This document shows positions 48,156 to 57,026 of a DNA stretch of 64,000 nt, in pieces. A model generated the notes under the pieces. That model was given only the letters and a program-made list of their open reading frames with translations. It was not told the origin of the DNA and searched no databases. Positions within the stretch are counted from its first letter, which is position 1. Every line of letters starts with the position of its first letter. The position numbers and the translations under genes were made by a program. The DNA is from Holophagales bacterium UBA5704. Its GTDB lineage: Bacteria > Acidobacteriota > Thermoanaerobaculia > Multivoradales > UBA5704. The stretch spans positions 17,088 through 81,087 of the forward strand of contig DIHE01000171.1 in NCBI GenBank assembly GCA_002420005.1, given 5' to 3'.

Positions 48156-49421
48156 TCAGGGGTTGCAGAACGAGCTGGGCCTCGCGTCGCGCACGGCGTC
48201 GATGAAATCGAACACCAGCCCGTGGATCTTGATCGAGCGGTTCTCGACGCCGGAGTAGTCGGACTTGACGATGCCCACCACCTGCCGGTTGCCGTTGTTG
48301 AAATCGTAGATCGCCGAGCCGCTGTGGCCCCCGGTGATGTCGTGCTTGGAAAAGAGGTAGGAGGCGTTGGTGCGGGTGATCTTCGCCTCCATCCCGTACA
48401 ACGAGCCGCCGCACTTCTTGTCGCCGCGCGGCGAGGCGCTGCAGGTCTGGGTGTTGCCGGGATAGCCGAAGTTCCACATGGTGGACCCGGCCAGGCTGTT
48501 GTCCACCCGGTAGCCGAACCAGCCCAGGCTGCAGCTGTTCTGGTTGTCGGCGAGCACGAGGACGGCGAAGTCGCGGGTGTCCCAACCGTTGTTGACGTAC
48601 TTGGCATCGGCGTAATACCACTCGATGTTCTTGTAGTTGTTCGGCGAGGGGTCTCCATTGTTCATCGTCTTGTTGAGCCCGTCGCCGCCCGGCCACCAGT
48701 CGCGCAGCATCAGGCTCGCCTCGCCGCCGCCTTCGGTGAACACGCAGTGCGCCGCGGTCAGCAGGTGGCGCTCGCCGATCTTGGTCGCCGAGCAGGACAC
48801 CGGGGGCACGCTCGCCGTGTTGCTGCCGTCCGCCACCAGGACGCCGAGCGCCCGCCAGGGATACGCCTTCATGTCGTAGCCGTTGTCGAGGCTGCGCAGG
48901 ATGCGATTGTCACCGCCGAGGACGCTCTTTTCCATCACCTGAGAGTCGGGCTCGCCGGCCTCTCCCACGCCCACCCCCGGGTCACCGTCGGCACTGCGCA
49001 GAGCGGCGGCGCCGCGGGTGAGCCGGATCGCCCGCAGCCGTTCGGCGAGATTGTGCGGCTTGAAGCCCCACTTTTCCCCCGCGGCGTTGACGAAGACACC
49101 GGCGAATTCCTGCGCGTCGAGCGAGGCGTTGAGAGCTTGTCTCTCCTCGGTGCTCATCGGCTTCGGCCGTTCCTTCGCGAGGCGGGCGAAGTGCTCCTTC
49201 TCCTGCTTGGGCGTGGCGATCGGCATGTAGCCGAGGAAGACGTACTCCGGGTCCGCCGGGTCCGCGGACAGCGACGGCGGCACCGTAGGCGCCAGGCCGG
49301 TCTGTTCATAGATCGCTCGCCGCTCGGCATAAAACTGCGCATCGGGCGCCTGGGCGGTGAGCTGGGTGCCGGCGATGAGCAGCAGGCCGGCGAGGGCGAA
49401 GGTCGTGCGCTGCGTCTTCAT
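48156..49421 (-). CDS. secreted trypsin-like (S1, V8/Glu-endopeptidase-like) serine protease with N-terminal pro-region
   Basis: 3' part of ORF 48156-50375 from ATG 49421 (AAGGAG upstream). Signal peptide MKTQRTTFALAGLLLIAGTQLTAQA. LLTAAHC, RDFAVLVL, GGHSGSA. Confidence 0.8.
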   Translation of the reverse strand: MKTQRTTFALAGLLLIAGTQLTAQAPDAQFYAERRAIYEQTGLAPTVPPSLSADPADPEYVFLGYMPIATPKQEKEHFARLAKERPKPMSTEERQALNASLDAQEFAGVFVNAAGEKWGFKPHNLAERLRAIRLTRGAAALRSADGDPGVGVGEAGEPDSQVMEKSVLGGDNRILRSLDNGYDMKAYPWRALGVLVADGSNTASVPPVSCSATKIGERHLLTAAHCVFTEGGGEASLMLRDWWPGGDGLNKTMNNGDPSPNNYKNIEWYYADAKYVNNGWDTRDFAVLVLADNQNSCSLGWFGYRVDNSLAGSTMWNFGYPGNTQTCSASPRGDKKCGGSLYGMEAKITRTNASYLFSKHDITGGHSGSAIYDFNNGNRQVVGIVKSDYSGVENRSIKIHGLVFDFIDAVRDARPSSFCNP

Positions 49422-49462
49422 ACGTTTCTCCTTTGGGTCTGCCGTTGTCGAGACTCGATCGA

Positions 49463-50425
49463 TCAAAAGCCGCAACCGTCGGAGGGCGGCACGTCGGCGG
49501 GGAGGTCGGCACCGGACAGGGTTCTCCAGCGCCACGAGAAATCGATCACGTTGCCGTTGGGGGGGAAGAGCAGCGCGTTCTCGATCCGGTCGACCGCCCC
49601 CGGAGTGAGGCGGGAAGCCCACAGCCGGCCTGCCTGGCATTCCGAGACCGGAGCGCCGATGAACACGCCGACGAGCTGGCGTTGGCCGGAGACGAAGACG
49701 TAGACCGGCGAGCCGCTCTGGCCACCGACTCCGTCGTTGGTGAGGTGGAAGAGCCCCTTGTCTCCGCCGTCCTGCCAGACCAGGGGGGTGCTGAGGAAAT
49801 CGTTGGCGGAGCCGGTCTGCCAGACGGTGCCGGTGGTCTTGTCGCCTGGGTAACCGATCGAGAACGGGGTCAGGTTTTGCACCGTGCTCCAGGTTTGGTA
49901 CGAGAAGCTCATCGGCACCGCGCCGGGAATCGGGCTCGCCAGCTCGATGACCGCATAGTCGAGCGCTTTGTTGGCGGCCGAGGCGCTGCCGTTGTCGTAG
50001 GCCGCGGGCACGAACACGCGCACCGCGTGGTGATCGCCGAACGGGCGGCCACAGGGGCCGGTGCTGAACTGGGCCAGACGGAAGCGGATCGGGCCGGTTC
50101 GGAAATCGTTGCCGGAATCGAGGACGCAGTGGGCGGCGGTCAGCACGTGCTTCGGCCCGATCAAAGTGCCCGAGCAGCCGGGCGCTCCGGAGAGGTCGAG
50201 TCGGCCGACGTGCCGCCAGGGACCATTCGCGGAGAGGGCACCGGCCGCCGTGGTCGGACCCTGTGTCCGGTCGTCGCAGCCGATGATCTGGGTCGAGGCG
50301 GAACACTGGGACGCGCAGGCCTGGGCCTCGACCGGAGTCACGGGCGTGGCGAGGCCGGCGAGAGAGGCGAAGCAAGCGAGGCGGGCCATCCAGCGATGGG
50401 GCCGGGTCGTGAGCGTGGGGTTCAT
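49463..50425 (-). CDS. secreted trypsin-like (S1) serine protease
   Basis: ORF 49463-50566 trimmed to ATG 50425 (AAGGAGAAGGAAG upstream). VLTAAHC, DYAVIEL, GGQSGSPV. Confidence 0.8.
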   Translation of the reverse strand: MNPTLTTRPHRWMARLACFASLAGLATPVTPVEAQACASQCSASTQIIGCDDRTQGPTTAAGALSANGPWRHVGRLDLSGAPGCSGTLIGPKHVLTAAHCVLDSGNDFRTGPIRFRLAQFSTGPCGRPFGDHHAVRVFVPAAYDNGSASAANKALDYAVIELASPIPGAVPMSFSYQTWSTVQNLTPFSIGYPGDKTTGTVWQTGSANDFLSTPLVWQDGGDKGLFHLTNDGVGGQSGSPVYVFVSGQRQLVGVFIGAPVSECQAGRLWASRLTPGAVDRIENALLFPPNGNVIDFSWRWRTLSGADLPADVPPSDGCGF

Positions 50426-50481
50426 CTTCCTTCTCCTTCGGGTTCGAGGCGGTGCATCGTGCGCCGCACCACTCCAGAAGG

Positions 50482-50497
50482 GCAGGATCGGTGCCAG
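50482..50497 (-). promoter_or_regulatory. sigma-54 (-24/-12) promoter cTGGCAC-cgatc-CTGCc
   Basis: Read on the minus strand: exact TGGCAC at -24, GG-N10-GC spacing. It lies about 57 nt upstream of ATG 50425, between the EBP gene and the protease genes. Confidence 0.6.
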
Positions 50498-50587
50498 CCC
50501 GGGCCGGCCGGCGCCGGGGTGGTGTAAACCGTTGAAAAGGAAGCTTGTTGCGGGAGCTGCCGGCAACCCTGAAGGAGCTCCAGGACC

Positions 50588-50603
50588 CTCTCCGATCGGA
50601 GAG
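50588..50603. promoter_or_regulatory. 16-bp perfect palindrome CTCTCCGATCGGAGAG (candidate enhancer/UAS; may also form a hairpin after the EBP stop)
   Basis: About 100 nt upstream of the minus-strand sigma-54 promoter. It overlaps a second palindrome, CGGAGAG-act-CTCTCCG (50597-50613). GATCGG recurs at 50622. Confidence 0.4.
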
Positions 50604-50645
50604 ACTCTCTCCGGACAGAGGGATCGGGGGCCGGTGGAGAGGGGC

Positions 50646-52520
50646 TTACTCGATCTCGTCGCGCAGGCCGAGATTGGTAATCAGGCGGTGCAGGTAGTTG
50701 GCGTTCAGCCCGAGTTGCTCGGCCGCTTTCGTGACGTTGCCGCCGGCTGCGCGGACGGCGGTCACGATCAGGCGTTTCTTCGTCTCGTTGATCGTTTCGT
50801 GGAAGCGGGTGACCGGGATCTTGCCGGTGCCTCCCGGGGGCGCTTCGAGGATCGTCTCCGGCAGGTCCTCGGGGCGGATCAGATCGTCCTCTCCCAGCAC
50901 GATCGCGCGTTCGACGGCGTTCGACAGCTCGCGGACGTTGCCGGGCCAGGCGTAGCGTTGGAGGAGGGCGCGCGCTTCCGGGGTGAAGCCGGCCACCCGG
51001 CGGCCGAGGCGGGTGCCGAAGCGGGCGGCGAAGTGGCTGGCGAGGAGCGGGACGTCCTCGCGCCGCTCGCGCAGCGGGGGCAGAATGCAGGAGATCACGT
51101 TGAGCCGGTAGAACAGGTCCTCCCGGAACGTTCCGGCGCGGATCGCCGCTTCGAGGTCGCGGTGAGTCGCCGCGATCACCCGCACGTCGACGCGGATCGG
51201 CCGCGTGCCTCCGACGCGCTCGAATTCCCGTTCCTGGAGGACGCGCAGAAGCTTGGCCTGCAAGGTCGGCGGCATTTCGGCGATCTCGTCGAGGAAGAGG
51301 GTCCCCGTGTCGGCGACCTCGAACTTGCCGGTCTTGCGGGCCACGGCGCCGGTGAAGGCTCCTTGCTCGTGGCCGAAGAGCTCGCTTTCGAGGAGCGTCT
51401 CCGAGAGAGTGGCGCAGTTGATCGCCACGAAGGGCCGGTGCGCCCGCCGGCTCTGGCGGTGGATCGCCCGGGCGGCCACCTCTTTGCCGGTGCCGCTTTC
51501 ACCGCGCAGGAGGACGGTCGCATCGCTCGGGGCCGCGCGGGCGAGCAGGCGCCAGATCTCGCGCATCCGCGGGCTCTCGCCGACCAGATCGTGATCGATC
51601 GCCTCCTCCAGACGGTCTCTCTCCGCGGCGAGCCATTCCATGTGCCGCGTGTTGGCGAGGGCGAGCGAGGCGATGCCGGCGATGGCGGTGAGCAGCTCCA
51701 GATGGGTCTCGTCGAAGCGCGGCCCGTCCTCCCGCGTATCGAGATAGAGAAGGCCGAGGGGGCCGGCCGTACCGAGGAGCGGAGCGGCGAGGAGCGAGCG
51801 GATGCGCGCCGCGCGCACGCTTTCCGTCTCACCCCAACCCGGCCCGAGGAGGACGTCGTTCGCCAGCTCGGCCTGCCGGTCGCGGACGACGCGCTCGGCC
51901 AGGGTGCGGGAGAGGGGGAACGGGGTGGAGGAACCGGCGCGGTCGGCGGCATGAGACCCGGCGGGCTCGCCGCTGCGATCGAGGAGCAGAAGCGCCGCCC
52001 GCTCGGCCGGGATCGCATCAAGGAGGAGGGCGAGCAGCCGGCGCGCCAGCGCCTCGGTCGTTCTCAGGGCATGCAGGTCCTGGCCGATCCGCAGCAGCGC
52101 CTGGAGCGTGCGCTGGGCCGGCGCGTCGAGCACCGCATCGACCGGCCGCAGAATCGTGCTCTCCGCGGAGAACCCACCCTCTTCCAGAAACAGACCGGTG
52201 GCCGTGGGGGTTTCCGGTCCGTCCACCTGAACGAGGAAGAGGGATTCACCGACAGCGATCCGGTCTCCCGGCTCGAGGACCCGCTCGCGCACCGGCAGGC
52301 CGTTGACGAACGTGCCATGCCGGCTGTCGGCGTCGCGCAGCCGGAATCCTTCCTGGGTGGCGCCCGGGACCGGCTCGATGGTGCAATGCAGGCGCGAGAC
52401 GGCGAGGTCGCGCAGGTGGAGCGTGCTGGCCCGGTCGCGGCCGAGCGTGACCGGCCGGGCGCCGAGCGTCAGGGTGGTACCGGCCAGCGAGCCGGAGATG
52501 GCGATGAGTCGTGAGCCCAC
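50646..52520 (-). CDS. sigma-54-dependent transcriptional activator, FHA-GAF-AAA+-HTH(Fis)
   Basis: ORF 50646-52616 trimmed to GTG 52520 (GGAGGA 7 nt upstream). FHA: [25 protein letters not shown]...[13 protein letters not shown]+: GESGTGKE and GAFTGA. C-terminal [24 protein letters not shown]. Confidence 0.9.
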   Translation of the reverse strand: MGSRLIAISGSLAGTTLTLGARPVTLGRDRASTLHLRDLAVSRLHCTIEPVPGATQEGFRLRDADSRHGTFVNGLPVRERVLEPGDRIAVGESLFLVQVDGPETPTATGLFLEEGGFSAESTILRPVDAVLDAPAQRTLQALLRIGQDLHALRTTEALARRLLALLLDAIPAERAALLLLDRSGEPAGSHAADRAGSSTPFPLSRTLAERVVRDRQAELANDVLLGPGWGETESVRAARIRSLLAAPLLGTAGPLGLLYLDTREDGPRFDETHLELLTAIAGIASLALANTRHMEWLAAERDRLEEAIDHDLVGESPRMREIWRLLARAAPSDATVLLRGESGTGKEVAARAIHRQSRRAHRPFVAINCATLSETLLESELFGHEQGAFTGAVARKTGKFEVADTGTLFLDEIAEMPPTLQAKLLRVLQEREFERVGGTRPIRVDVRVIAATHRDLEAAIRAGTFREDLFYRLNVISCILPPLRERREDVPLLASHFAARFGTRLGRRVAGFTPEARALLQRYAWPGNVRELSNAVERAIVLGEDDLIRPEDLPETILEAPPGGTGKIPVTRFHETINETKKRLIVTAVRAAGGNVTKAAEQLGLNANYLHRLITNLGLRDEIE

Positions 52521-52544
52521 GCGGTGGTCCTCCGCAGCCTCTCT

Positions 52545-52567
52545 GATCGGATAGAGTCTATCCGATC
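52545..52567. promoter_or_regulatory. 23-bp perfect inverted repeat GATCGGATAG-agt-CTATCCGATC (candidate enhancer/UAS)
   Basis: Centre lies about 86 nt upstream of the -24 element at 52641. It shares the GATCGGA/TCCGATC half-site with the palindrome at 50588. Confidence 0.45.
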
Positions 52568-52640
52568 CTCTTCGCCCCGGTACCTGGAGCAGAGGCTGCA
52601 AGCGACCTTCTTTCAATCACTTCCCGGATGGCGCCCGGTT

Positions 52641-52656
52641 TGGCATCCAGGCTGCA
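52641..52656 (+). promoter_or_regulatory. sigma-54 (-24/-12) promoter TGGCAT-ccagg-CTGCA
   Basis: GG-N10-GC spacing is exact. It lies 39 nt upstream of ATG 52695, which has its own SD AAAGGAG. Confidence 0.6.
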
Positions 52657-52694
52657 ACGTCAGGCGGCCGTGACCAACCCGAAAGGAGAACGCG

Positions 52695-53132
52695 ATGAGT
52701 CTGGATTTCAAAGACGCAAACCCGGCCCCGGGAGGGGTTCTGGAAGTGACCGTGCAGGGGAAGCTGGGCCAGCCGGGCCTCACGCCGCAGACGATCACTC
52801 TCACCGATCAGGTGCACACGGTGCGGTGGCGGTGCGTCAACCTCGCCAAGGGCTCCCGGCTGGAGATCCACATTGCAGGCGATCCGAAGGGGCCTTTCGT
52901 GGAGCTGCGGGCCGCCGCCATCACCACCAACCCGGCCGAGGTCCAGGGCTTCGGCAACCGGGGTCCACGGAAAACCTTGAAGGAGTACGCCTACGAAGCA
53001 CGGATCGTGCGGCGGGGAGGGTTGTCGCGCTCCGCCGGCTCCGGCACGCTGCGCAACCAGGCTAAGAAGGCGGTCGGGCACCCTTTGGCCGGGGGACTGG
53101 GCGAGCCGCAGCCTGACCCGATCGGGGGCTGA
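52695..53132 (+). CDS. small hypothetical protein (145 aa), apparently sigma-54 dependent
   Basis: Good SD, GC3-rich codon usage, beta-rich sequence. No signal peptide, no recognisable motif. Confidence 0.6.
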   Translation: MSLDFKDANPAPGGVLEVTVQGKLGQPGLTPQTITLTDQVHTVRWRCVNLAKGSRLEIHIAGDPKGPFVELRAAAITTNPAEVQGFGNRGPRKTLKEYAYEARIVRRGGLSRSAGSGTLRNQAKKAVGHPLAGGLGEPQPDPIGG

Positions 53133-55692
53133 GGCTCAGCTCGGGAGAGTCGCGGAGCCAGGCGAAGACAGAGCCGGCGAACCAGCGGGGCTGGACGCCT
53201 TTGTCGAGAGCCGCCAGGGCGCTGTTGAGCGCCGAGCTGCGGTCGCCGGCCAAGCTGAGCACCAGGGCATTCTGATACAGCAGGTCGGGGTCGTCCGGGT
53301 TGCGGCGCAGGGCGGTCTGGGCGGCATCCACCGCTTCGCGGGATCTTCCGAGCCGGGCGAGGCACTGCGCTTGGAGCATGAGGTCGGCAGGAGCTTCCAC
53401 CCCACCGGATGTGACGAGGTCGAGGGTGCGGCGATAGATCTGCTCGGCCTCCCGGGTGGCGCCGGTTTCGCCCAGGGCGTCAGCGAGACCGATGAGGGTG
53501 TACGGGTGATCCGGCCGCAGCCGGAGGGCCTGCCGGTAGGCCGCCACCGCCTCCGGGTACGCGCCCCGGAGGAAGAGGGCGTATCCCAGATTGTTGAGCG
53601 CGCGGCCGGGGGACGTGGCGACGCACCGCCGAAAGATCGTTTCAGACCGGGTCAGGTCGCCGTAGACAAGCTCCAGGTGGCCGATGGCTTCGAGGACCCA
53701 AAGATTGTCCGGCGCTTGCTGGAGGAGACCCTCCAGGCGCCGGCGTGCCGCGTCGACTTGCCCGTCTCGCGCCTCCATCGTGGCCAGCCGGTGCTGGTTC
53801 TGCCAGGACGGCGCCTGGCGAACCGCGGTGCGGAGCAGGGAGAGGGCCTCTTGGCGCAGTCCCTGCCGTTCGGCCATCTGCGCGCGCAACACCGACAGCT
53901 CGGGGTCTCCGGAGAGGAGCGTTGCGAGCTGCGGGAGCAAGGAGGCGGCCTCGTCGATGCGCTCCGCGGCGAGCAGGATCTGCAGCTCCAGGCGGAGTGG
54001 GCGGGGATCGGTGGGTGCGAGGCTGCGGCTCTGCCGGAGCAGGGTGGTGGCGCGGTCGAGGTCCGTGCTGCGCCGCCGGGAGAGGAACAGCCGGTGCGCC
54101 ACCTGGGCGGTGAGGAGCTGGGCATCGAGAAATCCCGGGCTGGTGCGCAGGACCGCCTCCAGCCGGTTGAGCTGGGGCTCGAGCGGAGCCGTGCCGGCGT
54201 CGATCCGCCGCTTGACGTCGAGGAATTCGGCATAGTCCTCATCGCGCACATCGAGCACCGGCACACCGCTGCGCAGATCCTTGTCGGGGTAGGCCCGACG
54301 GATCTTCACCGTCACCGCCGTGGCGAGCTCGCGGAGCCCGCCGGGCTGGAGGGGGACCGGGAACGTCTCGGCCCAGAGGACCCGGCCGTCGCTCCCCTGA
54401 ATGCGGCGCAGGGTGACCTGGCCCAGGTCTCCATGGCCCTGGAGGTCGGCGGTGAGGACCTCCGCGGCGGCGGTGGCCCGGGCGACCTCGACCGGGGACC
54501 GTCCGCCGCGCTCCGCTTCCCTCGGATCGACCGCCACGAGACCTTCCAGGTGGCTCAATCCGGTCAAGGTGGCGGTCAGCACGCCGGACGCTGCGAGGGC
54601 GAGCCGCTCATCCCCTGCGGGGATCAACGCGACCGGTGGCACGGCGACCCGCAGAGGGGAAGCCTGCGACGATCGCCAGACGAGCACCGCGGTCACGGCG
54701 CCGGCTGTCGCGGCGGCGGTCAGGGCGAGGGCCAGGCCTCGCCGGTGCCGCAGGCGCGAGGCCGGCCGGGAGACGGAGGGCGCCGAGGCGGGCAGCAGCG
54801 CCGTCGGCAGGTCGCTCACGCTGGCCTCCCCTGGGACCTGGAGCGACCCGGACCCGGAGCCGCTGCGCAGCCGCGCGAGGATCTCCACCACCTCGTCGGC
54901 GCTCGCCGGCCGGTCCTGCCGCTCCTTGGCCAGCAGGCGTCCGAGGAGGACCTCGACCTCCGGAGGGAGCCCGGAGCGCAGCGCCCGCACGTCCGGCGAG
55001 GGGCCGTGCACGATCCGGCGCAGGGTCTCGGCCGGATCGGCGGCACGAAACGGCGAGCGGCCGGTCAGCATCTCGTAGAGCAGCAGGCCGAGCGAGAAGA
55101 GGTCCGACCGCGGGTCCACCTCTTCGCCGCGCGCCTGCTCGGGAGACATGGCATGGAGGGTGCCGATGACGAATCCCTGCTGGGTGAGAGGCCGTTGGTT
55201 TGCACGCCCCACCGGCCGGGCGAGGCCGAAGTCGAGGATCTTGGCGTGTCCCGCCGGGGTGACGAGGACGTTCGCGGCCTTGAGGTCGCGGTGGATCAGC
55301 CCGGCTGCGTGGGCGGCGGCGAGCCCCTGGGCGATCTCCTCGGTGAGCCGGAGGGCTTCCGCCGTCTCCAGGGGACCGCCGGCCAACCGCTCCGCCAGGG
55401 TGCATCCCTCGACGAACTCCATGACGATCGCGTCCTCGGACGTGCCGCCCTCGCCCCCGGTGCCGGTCACCAGGTCGTAGACCTGGACGACGGAGGCATG
55501 GCTCAGGCGCGCAGCGAGCCGTGCCTCGCGGCGGAAGCGTTCCCGTTGCTCGGCCGACAGCCCGGCGTCCTGCCGGACGCGCTTGATGGCGACGCGGCGC
55601 TCCAGCCGGTCGTCCCAGGCGAGCACGACCTCCCCCATGCCTCCACGCCCGATCAGGCGTTCCACCCGGTAGATGCCGATGTGCTCGGTCAT
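53062..55692 (-). CDS. transmembrane Ser/Thr protein kinase with extracytoplasmic TPR-repeat domain
   Basis: Hanks kinase motifs GRGGMGEV, VAIK, HRDLKAANVLV, DFGLAR, SPEQ. One TM (LALALTAAATAGAVTAVLVW). C-terminal TPR-like repeats. Confidence 0.9.
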   Translation of the reverse strand: MTEHIGIYRVERLIGRGGMGEVVLAWDDRLERRVAIKRVRQDAGLSAEQRERFRREARLAARLSHASVVQVYDLVTGTGGEGGTSEDAIVMEFVEGCTLAERLAGGPLETAEALRLTEEIAQGLAAAHAAGLIHRDLKAANVLVTPAGHAKILDFGLARPVGRANQRPLTQQGFVIGTLHAMSPEQARGEEVDPRSDLFSLGLLLYEMLTGRSPFRAADPAETLRRIVHGPSPDVRALRSGLPPEVEVLLGRLLAKERQDRPASADEVVEILARLRSGSGSGSLQVPGEASVSDLPTALLPASAPSVSRPASRLRHRRGLALALTAAATAGAVTAVLVWRSSQASPLRVAVPPVALIPAGDERLALAASGVLTATLTGLSHLEGLVAVDPREAERGGRSPVEVARATAAAEVLTADLQGHGDLGQVTLRRIQGSDGRVLWAETFPVPLQPGGLRELATAVTVKIRRAYPDKDLRSGVPVLDVRDEDYAEFLDVKRRIDAGTAPLEPQLNRLEAVLRTSPGFLDAQLLTAQVAHRLFLSRRRSTDLDRATTLLRQSRSLAPTDPRPLRLELQILLAAERIDEAASLLPQLATLLSGDPELSVLRAQMAERQGLRQEALSLLRTAVRQAPSWQNQHRLATMEARDGQVDAARRRLEGLLQQAPDNLWVLEAIGHLELVYGDLTRSETIFRRCVATSPGRALNNLGYALFLRGAYPEAVAAYRQALRLRPDHPYTLIGLADALGETGATREAEQIYRRTLDLVTSGGVEAPADLMLQAQCLARLGRSREAVDAAQTALRRNPDDPDLLYQNALVLSLAGDRSSALNSALAALDKGVQPRWFAGSVFAWLRDSPELSLSPRSGQAAARPVPRPKGARPPS

Positions 55693-55698
55693 GGGGGG

Positions 55699-55704
55699 AC
55701 TCTA
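55699..55704 (-). promoter_or_regulatory. -10-like hexamer TAGAGT, 6 nt before ATG 55692
   Basis: Minus strand reads tgTAGAGTccccccATG. No SD. Confidence 0.45.
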
Positions 55705-55791
55705 CATCGCCGCTGAGCCGATCGTGTCCACGCAGCCCCTGGTGTAGGATAACGCTCCATCGACTGCGCCCTGCGCGAGGAGCCGTGTTGC

Positions 55792-56430
55792 ATGAGCCAG
55801 GACCCGGACATCATCGTTCCCCCCCACGTACCCCCGGTGGCGCTCGCCCACGTCGGGGAGGAGGAGCGGCGAAAGGTCGAGATGATCGCCGGGCATGTGC
55901 GAGGCATCCTCGCCACCCTCGGCCTCGACCTCGCAGACCCCAACCTCGCCGAGACCGACCTGCGGGTCGCCAAGATGTACGTCGAGATGTTCCACGGCCT
56001 GTCCGAAGGGGCCGAGCCGAAGGTCACCACCTTCCCGAATGACGAAGGCTACAGCCACATGGTGATGGAGAAGCAGATCCCCTTCTACTCCATGTGCGCC
56101 CACCACCTGGTCCCCTTTTATGGCCATGCCCACATCGCCTACATCCCGCGCGAGCGGATCATCGGCTTGTCCAAGTTCTCCCGTATCCTGGAGTTCTACG
56201 CCAAGCGGCCGCAGCTCCAGGAGCGGTTGACCGAGCAGGTGGTGCGATATCTGGAAGAGAACCTCAACCCCCTCGGGGCCATGGTGGTCATCGAGGCGCG
56301 CCACCTCTGCGTCGAGATGCGGGGCGTCAAGAAGCCTGGAGCGGTGACGGTGACCTCGGCACTGCGCGGCGTGTTCCACCAGAAACAGGTTCGGGAGGAA
56401 TTCCTTGATCTCCTTCGCCACAATGGCTAG
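55792..56430 (+). CDS. folE: GTP cyclohydrolase I
   Basis: FYSMCAHHLVPF, GLSKFSRI, RPQLQERLT, HLCVEMRGV. Confidence 0.95.
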   Translation: MSQDPDIIVPPHVPPVALAHVGEEERRKVEMIAGHVRGILATLGLDLADPNLAETDLRVAKMYVEMFHGLSEGAEPKVTTFPNDEGYSHMVMEKQIPFYSMCAHHLVPFYGHAHIAYIPRERIIGLSKFSRILEFYAKRPQLQERLTEQVVRYLEENLNPLGAMVVIEARHLCVEMRGVKKPGAVTVTSALRGVFHQKQVREEFLDLLRHNG

Positions 56431-56992
56431 GCAGGCAGCGGCCCTCCTGCTTCTCGGAGCACTCGGTGCCTGTGGCTCCGGCGCGCCGTCGGCGCGCAGC
56501 ACGGCGGACCTGACCCATCCATTCCTCGGGCCCGACCAGTCGAGCTGGCTGATCGGGCCGGTCGCGCAGATCGCCACGCAGGAGGAGATCGACGCCTATC
56601 TCGCGCTCCGCGACGAGGCGGAGGCGACGCTCTTCATCGAGCAGTTCTGGGCGCGCCGCGATCCGAACCCGGACGTGCCGGGCAATCCTGTGCGCGAGAC
56701 GTTCGACGCGCGGTCGGCCGAGGCGGATCGGATGTACAGCGAAGCCGGCTTTCGCGGCCGGCGCACCGCCCGCGGCACCATCTTCGTGGTCTATGGACCG
56801 CCGAGCGGGATGGATTTCGAGGTCTCCTCGGCGCCGGGCAGCCCGCCGATCGAAGTCTGGGAGTACAAGGCGACCGCGCCACTGGGGCTCGACGGCCGCA
56901 AGCCGTCGTCGCTCTACCGTTTCATCAAGCGGGGCGATCTGACCGTCCAGTACGTTCCCCGGGACCCGGTCCCCCTTCAACGCCCGGAGTGA
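56423..56992 (+). CDS. GWxTD-like domain lipoprotein
   Basis: ATG 56423 overlaps the folE stop. Lipobox LGALGAC. FIEQFWARRDPNP...GFRGRRTARGTIFVVYGPP resembles the GWxTD family, but the W and D are substituted. Confidence 0.5.
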   Translation: MARQAAALLLLGALGACGSGAPSARSTADLTHPFLGPDQSSWLIGPVAQIATQEEIDAYLALRDEAEATLFIEQFWARRDPNPDVPGNPVRETFDARSAEADRMYSEAGFRGRRTARGTIFVVYGPPSGMDFEVSSAPGSPPIEVWEYKATAPLGLDGRKPSSLYRFIKRGDLTVQYVPRDPVPLQRPE

Positions 56993-57026
56993 CGTCTTTT
57001 TCCATGTGGAGACAGGAGCTTTCGAG

